Assembly (NCBI GenBank): GCA_963796285.1 | Contig: CAWCKW010000006.1 | Coordinates: forward strand, 128,001-192,000 | Direction: 5' to 3' | Source: Nitrospirota bacterium | GTDB taxonomy: Bacteria > Nitrospirota > UBA9217 | Length of the DNA: 64,000 bases | Shown here: positions 53,358-64,000 of the stretch, piece after piece | How positions within the stretch are numbered: the stretch's first letter is position 1 | Layout of the letters: each line of letters starts with the position of its first letter | Program-made: the position numbers and the translations under genes | The notes under the pieces: generated by a model | Database searches by the model: none | Seen by the model: only the letters and a program-made list of their open reading frames with translations | Told to the model about the DNA's origin: nothing

Positions 53358-53740
53358 CTAAAACCCAATTTTTTACAGGTAATCGATATGGGGCAGATGC
53401 CGGTAATGCCCGCCATGGAGAGACCAAACCCCACGGCCCAGGGGAAAAACCAGAGGGTCTTGGGAAAGACAAAGCATGAAACAATGAGGAATGCGGCAAT
53501 AACCAGTCGGAAAACACGCTCAGCCTCAAAATTGTATTTGTATGTTCGTGGAGCGTTCGCAGCTGGCTCGCGATATGAATCAGGATATCTCAGCTTTGAA
53601 ATCAGAAGGGGAATACGCCAGTTCGTAAGACCTTCCACGGTGATCATGACGATATAAACATACAGGAGGGGCGTCCATTCAAAGAATAGAATGATAAGCA
53701 ATGATACACCAAGAAATAGTCTGAAAACGCGTTCGGTCAT
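53354..53740 (-). CDS. Membrane protein with two DUF2892/YgaP-like halves
   Basis: ERVFRL repeated twice; AGITGICP; overlaps start of the GGDEF-EAL gene. Confidence 0.75.
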   Translation of the reverse strand: MTERVFRLFLGVSLLIILFFEWTPLLYVYIVMITVEGLTNWRIPLLISKLRYPDSYREPAANAPRTYKYNFEAERVFRLVIAAFLIVSCFVFPKTLWFFPWAVGFGLSMAGITGICPISITCKKLGFR

Positions 53741-54579
53741 ATCGTTCCCCTTTTGTCCGACCGGCTTCCGTGTAGCGATGTACACCGGCGTGTTGAACCA
53801 TCTTCGTCATCGCTTCCACGGTCTCGGCCCGCGCAAGGGTCTGTGCACCGAGGGCCGCGACTGAGACCCTCTGGACGGAGATACGCCTACCGTGAAGATG
53901 GTTTCTTTGTCCCGTGTCATGGCCCTTCCGCGTACGAACCAGAACAACCCCGCACTATTTTTTGTATGATACCGGAAATCTTGGGGAAAGACAATAGAAA
54001 AGCGGTCGTTCGCTTCCGCATCACGGGTGGTGAAACGAGGGTCTTTCGGACCACCGATGATTCCCAGTTACTACAGGGCGTTCAGTGAGCCTTGGGGTTA
54101 AAAAGTGATAGAGATCGGAGTGTCGAGCGCGGCAAAGGATTTAAAGGGTGAAGTAGCAGGTGATTGGGGTCGTTCAATCAGGGTCCAGAAGGTCGCTCTT
54201 GCCGCTTTTACATCATCATTCTGAAGTTGTGGTTTTCTTCTCTCGTATTGTTGGGGGAGCGGTTAATCAACGTATTTAATACATTTTCGATTCAGAATGC
54301 AGATTTCTTGTCATTTGAAGAACAAAAACAAAACTGTGAAAAGCAATTTTCTTATCCTATTACCTCTTTCTGAGCCCCAGGGTCTTGAAAACCCTGAGGG
54401 AAAAAGGACTGTTATTGATCTGATGTACATGTGCCGCGAGATTAATTTCAGATGTCATACACAACATGCCGGGACAGGTTCTTTTCCCCTTGGGTTCCCC
54501 TTGACAGTCAATTCCCCTGCAGTTGCTTTTTCGCCGGTTTGCAGATACAATTATTCTAACCGCATTCCGGAGGTGCTCT

Positions 54580-57544
54580 ATGCGCTTCACCCTGTCGCGA
54601 AAGGCCAGGATCGCCGGCATCATCGTATGCCTTTTTTTCGTCCTTTACACCATCGCAGGTTTTTTCATCCTGCCGCCCTACCTGAAAAAGACAGCCGTGG
54701 AGAAGCTGAGCGAGCAGCTTGGCCGCAAGGTAACCATCGATTCGGTCAGCCTGAATCCTTACGCCCTTTCGGCCGTCATCAAGGGGTTCGAGATCAAAGA
54801 GAACGACGGCAGCACCACGTTCATCTCCTTCGGGAGGCTGTATGTCGACCTCAAGATGATCACCATCGTCAAAGGCCTGCCCGTGATACGAGAGGTCAAA
54901 CTCGAACAGCCCCGCATCCATCTTGTCCGCAAAGAAGCCAATGTCTATAATTTTTCCGATATCATGGATACGAATGCAAGCGAAGCGTGAGGCCAGTGTC
55001 CCCGAACAGCCCGGGAAAACGGTTTCCTTTTCCGTAAGCAATATCCAGATCATAGATGGGGGCATCGAGTTCGAAGACCGGCCGGTCAAGACGAAACACG
55101 AGATCACCCAGATCAATATTGCGATACCCTTCATCTCCAACCTCCCCACCTATGTGGAATCCTTTGTGCAGCCCTCGTTCAGCGCCTCGGTCAATGGTTC
55201 GGCAATGACCGTCCAAGGCACGACAAAGGTTTTTTCCGACTCCTTCGAAACATCCGTCGACATTGCGCTGAAGGACATCGATATCCCGTATTATCTTGCC
55301 TATGCGCCCGCAAAACTGAATGTGAAGGTGACGTCAGGCAGGCTCGACGTGGCAATGAAACTTGCCTACCGCCAGTATACGAACCGTTCCCCCATGCTGG
55401 TCCTTGCCGGCGAAACACGGGTGAAGGACCTTACGGCAGTGATCAAGAATGTCGACGGCGATTTTCTTAAGATACCGCTTTTGACCATAAAGGATATCTC
55501 GTTCGATCTCGGCGCGGCGAAGATGGAAATCGGCTCTATTGCTACCGAAAAGGGGTCCGTCGCGCTTGTGCGCTCCGGAGAAGGACAGCTGAACGTGGCC
55601 TCGATCATGACCGCGTCGCCGGAGCAGGCTCTCCCGAAAAACGTGAAGCCGCCATCCACGGACGTTCCCTGGACCGTGTTGCTTAAATCCCTCGTCATCG
55701 ATGGTTATTCCGTGAAGCTGGCCGACCAAAGCCTTGCCGAACCCTTTGGCATTACCCTGGACGAAATCAACTGCAAAGCCCGGGACATCTCAACGGCAAA
55801 GGATGCAAAGGGAACGATCGCCCTCTCGATGCGGGTGGACCACAGAGGGAATGCCTCGGTTGGCGGTGACCTGATCGTCGATCCCCCTGCAGTAGACCTT
55901 GCCGTGAGTCTCAAGAAGCTCCCGCTCAAACCGATGCAGCCGTTCCTGACCGAACGGACACAGGTCCTTCTTGCGACCGGGTCGATGACCATGAGCGGCA
56001 GGCTCAAGGCGCGCCAGGACGCAACGACTGGGCTCAGCGCCGCATTCAAAGGGAAGCTCCGGATCGACAAGGTGTCGCTTCTCGACAAGACGACTGCCGA
56101 GGAGCTGCTGACGTGGAACACGCTGTACCTGGGCGGGATGGATGTCAGGTTCGCACCACTGTTCGTGCACATCCCGGAAATTGCGCTTTCAAAGTTCTCC
56201 TCCCGCATCATCATCAACGCAGACAGGACGATCAACCTGCAGGAGGTCTTAAAAACGCCGGCACCGGCGGAAGAAGCAGTAGCTCCGTCCATACCGGGTC
56301 CGCAAACGGCAGGTGCTGCCAAGGACGATCAACCGGCACCTTCAAAGCGACGCACTATCCGGATCGACAAGATCACGCTTCAGGGAGGCACGATCAACTT
56401 CACCGACGAAAGCATAAAGCCGCGCTTCAGCTCCAATCTGCTCGATATCAATGGACGCGTTTCAGGGCTCTCGTCCGATGAAAACACGGCAGGAGAGGTC
56501 GAACTCAGAGGCAGGTATGACAGCTACGCACCGCTCGAGATCACCGGAAAGATCAACCCGCTCAGGGACGATCTGTACGTGGAGCTCAAGGCGAACTTCA
56601 AGGACATGGACCTTACCACGGTCAGCCCCTATGCAGGCCACTATGCAGGCTACACGGTCCAGAAGGGAAAGCTTTCATTTCAGCTTGAATATCTGATCGT
56701 GAAGAACAAGCTTGACGCCAAGAACAGCGTTTTCCTCGACCAGTTCACGTTCGGCGATCCAGTTGAAAGCCCCGATGCCACGAAGCTTCCCGTGAAGCTC
56801 GCCGTGGCGCTCCTGAAAGACCGGAAGGGCGAGATCTCTCTCGATATACCCGTCAGCGGCGAACTGAACGATCCGAAGTTCAGCGTGGGCGGCGTGGTGC
56901 TCAAGGTCATCGTGAACCTGCTTGTAAAGGCGGCGACTTCCCCCTTTGCCCTTCTGGGCGCTGTCTTCGGCGGCGGTGAGGAACTCGGCTATGCTGAATT
57001 CGATGATGGCTCCGCCGCACTTACGGATGCCACGAAAAAGAAACTCGAAATCATCGGGAAGGCCCTGCAGGACCGGCCTGCGCTCAAGATGGATATCATC
57101 GGGCATGCAGATCCTGAAAAAGACCGGGAGGGGCTGAAACAAAACGGCCTGCTGCGAAAAATAAAATCCCGGAAGATCAGGGCAATGGTTAAAACCAGCG
57201 GAGATACCCCCTCCCTTGATGCGGTGACCGTTACGCAGGAGGAATATCCTGTGTATCTGAAGCAAGCCTATAAAGAAGAAAAGTTCCCGAAACCGCGGAA
57301 CTTTATCGGCATTGCGAAGGATCTAACCGTGCCCGAAATGGAGAAGCTCATACTCACCAACCTGACGGTTACGGATGACGACCTGAAGGCGCTCGCCGGA
57401 GAGCGGGCGCGGTTGGTGAGGGATTACTTATTGCAGTCAATGCAGATCGAACCGGAGCGGATCTTCGTTGTTGAGACCAAAACCCTCGAGGTGGAGAAAA
57501 AAGAAGGGGCCAAAGACAGCCGCGTCGACTTTAGTCTGAAATGA
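54580..57544 (+). CDS. DUF748 (AsmA-like) protein with OmpA-like C-terminus, frameshift near 54980
   Basis: N-terminal anchor YTIAGFFILP, LNPY, NFSD; LLKDRKG.I.LDIPVSG.L.DP.FS; two consecutive ORFs. Confidence 0.85.
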
Positions 57545-57579
57545 GCATCATGTATTCATCAATTCACAGGAGGCTGCAT

Positions 57580-58146
57580 ATGAATAATAACCTCTATAAA
57601 ATACTTGGCAGTGCCGCTGCAGCATTGATCTTCATCACCGCGCTGCTGGCCGGATGCAATTACACCGCGATGCCGAACAATGTTCCTCGCATAACGGGAG
57701 CTGATGAGCTCTTGCTCAAGAACATATCGGTCATCATCATAAATGCCGAGAAGAACGGGTCGATTGAAGAGATCCTGACGGATCAAGGAGAGACCTCGGG
57801 CTTTCAGGCGAACCGTCAACTCTGGTCGAAAAAGCTGGTCGAGTCCCTTGCTGCCGAGCTTGCACGGCGCGGGGCGATGGTGCGCAGCAACGCCCCGATA
57901 AAGCTCAGCATCTCATTGCCGGAAATAACTGCGCTCCAGACCACAAACCTCTACCAGTTCAGGGTAAAGGTCCTGGTTGTGTCGTCAACGGGATGGTCGA
58001 AAACATATGAGGGGGTCGCGGGTGGCGACATAAAGGTCGTTTGGTCCGTCACCTCAGCAGCAGCCCAATGGTCCGGTCAGGCGCTGGCCGAGGTCATAAA
58101 GGCCATGTTGTCTGACCGTGAATTCGTGGCCGCTCTTGGAAAGTAG
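57580..58146 (+). CDS. Hypothetical lipoprotein
   Basis: Lipobox LAGC; AGGAGG RBS. Confidence 0.8.
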   Translation: MNNNLYKILGSAAAALIFITALLAGCNYTAMPNNVPRITGADELLLKNISVIIINAEKNGSIEEILTDQGETSGFQANRQLWSKKLVESLAAELARRGAMVRSNAPIKLSISLPEITALQTTNLYQFRVKVLVVSSTGWSKTYEGVAGGDIKVVWSVTSAAAQWSGQALAEVIKAMLSDREFVAALGK

Positions 58147-58324
58147 GCGGCTGTCTCATCGTCGTGAAACTCCCGCATCATGGCGACAGCACAGGAGAGG
58201 CTGATCCAAGCTGAACTCGTTCGATACCCGCCCTGGGAAATACCATCACCCTGGTTTGCCGATGCCCATCATGGCTTCAAATCCCGCAACGCAACGTGTG
58301 CAACTACATCCCGCTGGCGCCTAG

Positions 58325-59568
58325 CTACGTGAAGATCCCGATGACGGCGCCGGTCATGCAGGTCGCAAGGGTTCCTGCAACGAGCGCCTTCATACCGAGC
58401 CCAACGATCTCATCGCGCCTTTCAGGCGCCAGGCTCCCGAGGCCGCTAAGGAGGATGCCAAGGCTGCCGAAATTGGCGAAGCTGCTGAGCGCATAGGTCA
58501 TGATCAGCCGGCTGCGCGGGTCAAGGGCGTCCGCCGGGAGTTTGGACAGCTCGATAAAAGCGAGCAGCTCGTTTAAAATTGTCTTGGTGCCCATGAGATA
58601 TCCGGCCGTCTGCGCCTCGGCCCAGGGTATGCCGAAGAGCCAGACAACAGGGGCCATGACGAACCCGAGGACCCTCTGTAGGGTGAGCGGCCGGCCGTTG
58701 ACGTCAGGAAGCAGGCTGATGAGCTGGTTCGCGAGATACACCAGAGCAACCATGACCACGAGTACGGCAATGATATTCAACAGGAGATGGAGACCATCCA
58801 GCGTCCCCTTTACCACCGCATCCATGGAGCTGCTCGCCGTCCGCTGGGGCACGAAGGCCCCTGATGTCCCTTCCCCGGTCTCGGGGACCATGATCCGGGC
58901 GATCGTGATCGCGGCAGCCACGTGGATGAAAGACGCGACAAGGATATGGCCGAGCGGGTCAGGGACCACGCCTTTCAAGATCGTTGCGTAGAGGACCATG
59001 ACCGTACCCGCAATGCACGCCATGCCCACCGTCATGAGAGAGAAGATCTCGCTCCGCGTCATGGTCCGGAGATAGGGCTTGATGACCAGGGGCGCCTCCA
59101 CCATGCCGAGGAAGATCGTTGTTGAGGCGCCGAGACCGAGCGCACCGCCGATGTTCAGCGTTTTCTGAAGCAGCAGGGAGAACGCGTTCACAATGAACAG
59201 GCATGATCCTCCAGTAAAAAAGCAGGGCAGAAAGTGCGCCGATCACGAGCACTAACGGCAAAGCCTGGAAGGCGAGGATGAAGTTCGCTCGCGGGTTCCT
59301 GGAGAACAAAGGGCGGCGCGCCGCCGCCGATGTAACCGAAGACAAAGGAGGTGCCCGTATGTTGTTGCGGCTTCAAGGGTAAGCACGACGTTATTCAGGA
59401 GCAGAAAGGACTTTTTGAAGAATGGAATATAGAGAAGGATGCCGGCAATGGCGAACTGGACCAGCACGCCGGTGAGGATGATCGTAGGTTGACGCTTTTC
59501 CTCTTCTCGCTGATGGTCCAGGCGATGCCGAGGAAGACGACGATGCCGAGCAGACCTTGTATACGCAT
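58325..59568 (-). pseudogene. NupC/CNT nucleoside transporter, several frameshifts in 5' third
   Basis: WTISE, SFVFGY.GG, LAFQALP, IFLGMVEAP, K..LNE, YAL.SFANFGS in different frames. Confidence 0.85.
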
Positions 59569-59742
59569 GGAGCGCTCCTTAATGACAGATGCTTGACGTA
59601 CGTTTTCGCGATTATGCCATGCCAGGGGACAATTTTCAATTTAAAAGGTAGGCTGTCGAACAAGGGAGGGCGGCAGAATCCGGCTTTTCATCCATTCTGA
59701 ATTATGCTACACTTATTCTGTCGGCAGAAAGACAAAGTGAAT

Positions 59743-60192
59743 ATGCTCCTGTTCCTGAACATACTCCAGACCATCCTGCTGCTGTTGATCGCGTCAGGCG
59801 TTGCCTACCTGGTTTACCGGTCATCCCGTGGCGCAAGGAGCACCAGGAAGTCCCTGCATTCGAGACGCAAGGATATCTATGGCGATCTCGTGCGGGTTCT
59901 GGCCACGCTCAGCAAGACAGGCGAGATCCGGAAAGAGGAGCTCCTGGACTTCCGGTCACGTACGCTGGATGCTGCTCTTATCTTCGACACGGAGATCGCC
60001 GCATACATCGACGAGATTTATACCCGGGGAGTGAAGCTCATGAGCACCAGCGAACTCCTGAAGGGAGCGGATTTGCCGATCGGCGAGAAACGCGACGATA
60101 TCACTGTTGAGAACGCGAGGCAAACGATCTGGCTTGCCGATCAGCTCGCGATGGTGGAGAAAAAATTCGGACATTACCCGGATGTGAAGTAG
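59743..60192 (+). CDS. Membrane-anchored hypothetical protein
   Basis: N-terminal TM, helical body; start uncertain (59704 possible). Confidence 0.7.
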   Translation: MLLFLNILQTILLLLIASGVAYLVYRSSRGARSTRKSLHSRRKDIYGDLVRVLATLSKTGEIRKEELLDFRSRTLDAALIFDTEIAAYIDEIYTRGVKLMSTSELLKGADLPIGEKRDDITVENARQTIWLADQLAMVEKKFGHYPDVK

Positions 60193-60690
60193 CAAGAAGA
60201 GATACACGAAGCGTCATGCATCGTTGTCATCCTCCCGCGCGTATAATTCTGTTTCTCATCGTGTCATAAGGTCCGCCATAGCGAGGTATTTTCCCTGGTA
60301 GCATACCTGCTCCTCTAAGGCCTCTGCACGCTTTTTGCGCGTATGAAGTAAGACATTGAAACTAGGTTTTCTCCGGATGTCCTATTCCTTTCCAAACCTT
60401 CCCCGCTAATGATAATCAACGGATCGCTGAAAGTACATTGGCGTTGACTGTCACTAGTTAGAAACAAGCAGAAGGCATCCTCGCATTCAATAAGCATCCC
60501 CCCGCATCTTGACTTCTCATCTTCGTATGATATAGTTTTCTCAGAAGCCTGACATCAAGCCTCGAGTATAAGCGCGCCTCAATTAAATAATACTATGGTA
60601 ATACTATCGTCCTGAAGTCGTTGCCTCAATAGTGAGAAAGTATCATTGTTGTGCAGTTTGAACTTCTTAAATTACGAAAGGAGGCATTGA

Positions 60691-61128
60691 ATGTTAAAAG
60701 AGTTCAAGGAATTCATCATGCGGGGAAACGTAGTGGACCTCGCAGTCGGTATTATCATCGGCGGGGCATTTGGAAAAATCATCACTTCGCTGGTGGGTGA
60801 TATCCTGATGCCGCCGCTCGGGAAGATCATGGGCAATGTGGATTTCAGCGGGTTGTTCATCAACCTCTCCGGCACTCCGTATCCATCACTGGCTGCAGCC
60901 AAGGCAGCAGGTGCGGCCACGATCAACTACGGGTTGTTCATCAACACGGTGATCGATTTCATCATTGTGGCGGCGGCAATATTCATCCTGATCAAGCAGG
61001 TCAATCGTCTGAAAAAACCGGTGGAGGTTGCAGCTCCAGCCACCAAGGCATGCCCCTATTGCCTGTCCGCGGTGCCGCTCAAGGCAACCCGTTGTCCGGC
61101 ATGCACATCAGAATTAAAGGCCGCCTGA
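60691..61128 (+). CDS. mscL: Large-conductance mechanosensitive channel with C-terminal zinc ribbon
   Basis: [23 protein letters not shown]; CPYC...CPAC. Confidence 0.95.
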   Translation: MLKEFKEFIMRGNVVDLAVGIIIGGAFGKIITSLVGDILMPPLGKIMGNVDFSGLFINLSGTPYPSLAAAKAAGAATINYGLFINTVIDFIIVAAAIFILIKQVNRLKKPVEVAAPATKACPYCLSAVPLKATRCPACTSELKAA

Positions 61129-61194
61129 AAAGACGAAGAGCAACGGTCTGGCAATGCCGGTAAACACGATCTCAACGAAAGGGGGAACAAGAAC

Positions 61195-62484
61195 ATGAAA
61201 AGACTGATGCTGATAGTATTTTCCATTATCGTAACTGGAGTGCTGGCATTACCCAGCTTTGCGGCAATAACACCGGGGAAATGGTCGGTGTCGCCGTTTG
61301 TAGGATGGTATTCATTCGATCATGCCATGGACCTGACGGACAAGCCCGTATACGGACTCAGGCTCGGCTATGATCTCACCGAGCGATGGGGTTTGGAGGG
61401 TGCGCTAGACTACGTAAAGACGAAGCTCGAACACAGCAATGGAGATGCCGTAAGGGTTTATGGTTATCGATTGGATGCGTTGTTTCATTTTATGCCGCAG
61501 GAAAAGCTTGTCCCCTATGTTGCCGCAGGAGTGGGCGGGACAAATGCCGAATATCCGGTAAACCAACCTAATGATAATGACTTCCTGTTCAATTACGGTG
61601 CTGGAGTGAAATATTTTCTGTCCGACAACTGGGCCCTCAGGGCCGATATCCGTCATCTGCTCGTGTTCGATGGAGGACGCCAGGACTGGGAATCTACAAT
61701 AGGGCTTACCTTCCTTTTTGGCGGTATGAAGCCCGCACCGGTCGCGGCCATGGATTCGGACAACGATGGAGTTCCGGATTCCATGGATAAGTGTCCCAAT
61801 ACGCCGAAAGGCGTGAGTGTGGACGCCGCCGGCTGTCCGCTTGACAGCGACGGCGACGGTGTGCCGGATTACCTTGACAAGTGTCCTAATACTCCGAAAG
61901 GGGAGAAGGTAGGCGCAGACGGCTGTCCGCTTGTCAGCGATAGCGACGCCGACGGTGTGGTGGATTCCATGGATAAGTGTCCGGATACGCCGAAAGGCGT
62001 AAGTGTGGACGCCGCTGGCTGTCCGCTTGACAGCGACGGCGACGGTGTGCCGGATTATCTTGACAAGTGTCCTAATACTCCGAAAGGAGCGAAGGTTGAC
62101 AAGGACGGCTGTCTTGAGAAGTTGGCTGAAAAGGTCAGCATTGCGCTCCAGATCGAATTCGATTCCGGCAAGGCAGACATAAAATCAAAGTATGAAGAGC
62201 AGATCAAGAAGGTGGCTGATTTCATGACCACCTATCCAGAGACAACTGCAGTGATCGAGGGCCATACGGACAATGTGGGCAAAGAAGCATCCAACGTCCG
62301 TCTCTCGACGAGGCGCTCGGAAAGCGTCAGAACGTATTTGATAGAAAAATTCGGTATTGCTCCCGGGCGTCTGATCACCAAGGGGTTTGGTTCTTCACAC
62401 CCGGTGGCTGACAATGCCACACCGGAAGGAAGACAGAAGAACCGCCGGATCACCGCGGTCATCGAGGCAATGACAGTGCGATAG
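61195..62484 (+). CDS. OmpA family protein (beta-barrel + TSP3 repeats + OmpA-C)
   Basis: Signal peptide, DxDxDGVPD..DKCP x4, EGHTD, NRR. Confidence 0.93.
   Translation: MKRLMLIVFSIIVTGVLALPSFAAITPGKWSVSPFVGWYSFDHAMDLTDKPVYGLRLGYDLTERWGLEGALDYVKTKLEHSNGDAVRVYGYRLDALFHFMPQEKLVPYVAAGVGGTNAEYPVNQPNDNDFLFNYGAGVKYFLSDNWALRADIRHLLVFDGGRQDWESTIGLTFLFGGMKPAPVAAMDSDNDGVPDSMDKCPNTPKGVSVDAAGCPLDSDGDGVPDYLDKCPNTPKGEKVGADGCPLVSDSDADGVVDSMDKCPDTPKGVSVDAAGCPLDSDGDGVPDYLDKCPNTPKGAKVDKDGCLEKLAEKVSIALQIEFDSGKADIKSKYEEQIKKVADFMTTYPETTAVIEGHTDNVGKEASNVRLSTRRSESVRTYLIEKFGIAPGRLITKGFGSSHPVADNATPEGRQKNRRITAVIEAMTVR
61776..62087 (+). repeat. Intragenic near-identical duplication, 186-bp period
   Basis: 61776-61901 vs 61962-62087. 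Confidence 0.85.
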
Positions 62485-62565
62485 AGCGATAACGAGCCAG
62501 GGGGCAGCAGCCCCCTGGGCTATTCAGTGGCGTGAGATATTGCTGCCGGACAAGGAGAAAAACTT

Positions 62566-63471
62566 GTGAACCCAAAAAAAAGAAATATGATCCAAACCAG
62601 CATTTTCTTTGCGATAGCTATCGCCATGACGCTGGTTCTTAGCCCGTCGGGAGTTCTCGCAAAGGAAAAAAAGGACACGAAAAGCGCGAAGAGTGAAAAA
62701 AAAGAGGCTGTTGACCTGAACAATGCATCGCAGAAGGAACTGGAAGCGTTGCCCGGCATAGGGGCGGCTGCTGCAAAGAAGATCATAGCTGGACGGCCGT
62801 ACCGATCAGTAGACGAACTTTCCCGGGCGGGCCTGTCCGCCAAGAAGATAGAGGCCCTGAAATCTCAGGTCATGATCGGTTCGGCATCTGCGGCGCCCCA
62901 ATCGTCGTCCGAGGGCAAGACGAAGGAAACAAAGAGTACGAAGGAAACGAAGGGCGCGAAAAGCTCGAAGAGCGAAAAGCATGAAGTTGTCGACCTGAAC
63001 AATGCATCACAAAAGGAACTGGAAGCGCTGCCCGGTGTCGGGGCGGCGACTGCCAAGAAGATCATAGCAGGACGGCCGTACCGATCGGTGGATGAGCTCT
63101 CAAAGGCGGGCCTGTCCGCCAAGAAGACTGAGGCATTGAAATCACAGGTCATGGTCGGTTCAGCACCCGCAGCAGTACCCGCGCCATCCGAAGGCAAGGC
63201 GGGCGCAGTTACCGCCCCGTCTCCAAAAAGTTCAGCACAAGAGGAAAAACCCGCTGCGTCATCAAAATCAATGAAGCTCGCGCCGGGCCAGCGGGTGAAT
63301 ATAAATACCGCGAGCAAGGAAGATCTAGAGGCGCTTCCGGGCATCGGACCCGCAAAATCCCAGGCCATCATCGATGGCAGGCCATACGGCTCGATCGAAG
63401 ACATCATGAAGGTAAAGGGGATCAAGCAGGGGATCTTCAACAAGATCAAGGACAATATTACCGTTCGATAG
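62566..63471 (+). CDS. Secreted ComEA-like protein with three HhH modules
   Basis: (V)[15 protein letters not shown]...II.GRPY x3; first two duplicated at DNA level (279-bp period). Confidence 0.88.
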   Translation: MNPKKRNMIQTSIFFAIAIAMTLVLSPSGVLAKEKKDTKSAKSEKKEAVDLNNASQKELEALPGIGAAAAKKIIAGRPYRSVDELSRAGLSAKKIEALKSQVMIGSASAAPQSSSEGKTKETKSTKETKGAKSSKSEKHEVVDLNNASQKELEALPGVGAATAKKIIAGRPYRSVDELSKAGLSAKKTEALKSQVMVGSAPAAVPAPSEGKAGAVTAPSPKSSAQEEKPAASSKSMKLAPGQRVNINTASKEDLEALPGIGPAKSQAIIDGRPYGSIEDIMKVKGIKQGIFNKIKDNITVR

Positions 63472-63541
63472 AAAACTGGTCCGCGTCGTTTCGCGGGGAG
63501 CAGCGTTGCATTGTGCGGTCAAAAAAGAAAAGGAGGGTCGT

Positions 63542-63838
63542 ATGATAAAACGCAGTCTGGTAGTGATGGCAATAGGTATTTTTCTGCTGGTCGCGTCGTT
63601 CGCATTTGCTGGTGCGCCGAAGACGTACCAAGTGACAGGACCCGTCCTTGAGCTAAAGGACGATATGATCATTGTCCAGAAAGGGAAGGACCGCTGGGAA
63701 ATCGCCCGCGGAGCAGATGCCAAAGTGACGGGTGATCTTAAGGTCGGCTCAAAAGTCACGATCGAGTACCGTATGAATGCTGCCACGATCGAGGTCAAGG
63801 ATGCAGGCAAAAAGGAAGGTAAGAAAAAGGGAAAGTAA
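63542..63838 (+). CDS. Small secreted hypothetical protein
   Basis: Signal peptide; YQVTGPV...LKVG.KVTIEY; AGGAGG RBS. Confidence 0.8.
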   Translation: MIKRSLVVMAIGIFLLVASFAFAGAPKTYQVTGPVLELKDDMIIVQKGKDRWEIARGADAKVTGDLKVGSKVTIEYRMNAATIEVKDAGKKEGKKKGK

Positions 63839-63908
63839 GTCCGTTTGAACATGCAGCAATTAACATCGGATGTGCCGGCTGTCTAAGCCGAAACGAACAT
63901 CCCTCATC

Positions 63909-63948
63909 CCCGTGAGGCCCCACATCACGGTCTCACGGGCGCTTTTTT
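63909..63948 (+). terminator. Terminator-like hairpin
   Basis: CCCGTGAG...CTCACGGG + TTTTTT. Confidence 0.6.
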
Positions 63949-63960
63949 GGAGGAATCGCC

Positions 63961-64000
63961 ATGGGTTTACTCGATCAAATCACAAGCGATCTGAAAAGCG
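63961..64000 (+). CDS. Partial CDS, possibly YidB/DUF937-like
   Basis: GGAGG RBS, MGLLDQI start; truncated by window edge. Confidence 0.45.
   Translation, partial: MGLLDQITSDLKS

Overview
Bacterial chromosomal window with Nitrospirota/Desulfobacterota-like gene content and order (taxonomy inferred, not proven). The housekeeping backbone is ybaB-recR-porCDAB-mglBA-tRNA-Asn, then rpsB-tsf-pyrH-frr, rplM-rpsI-argC-argJ, and rpsU-yqeY-NIF3-mutS2-dnaG-rpoD-tRNA(CAT)-zinc ribbon-rnhA-rnpB. An accessory region follows, with two TA pairs, DoxX, a TrxB-like oxidoreductase, an RRM protein plus a second rpsU, an aldo-keto reductase, Smr, MutY-like glycosylase, two radical SAM enzymes, trpB2, prfC, a GGDEF-EAL protein, DUF748, a CNT transporter, mscL, OmpA and a ComEA-like protein. 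The main finding is a ~5.3 kb element (5873-11201) integrated at the 3' end of tRNA-Asn and bounded by a 10-bp direct repeat. It encodes a large serine recombinase, a Rep_trans rolling-circle initiator with a recognisable nick-site hairpin, and an RHH regulator. Its only cargo is two intact integron gene cassettes (59- and 58-bp attC sites) inserted at an attI-like site, with no integron integrase in the element or window. The recombinase C-terminus is swapped on integration, and in the predicted circle its stop codon lies in the cassette insertion core. Several genes carry frameshifts that may be assembly errors. All calls come from reading the sequence; no database searches were run.
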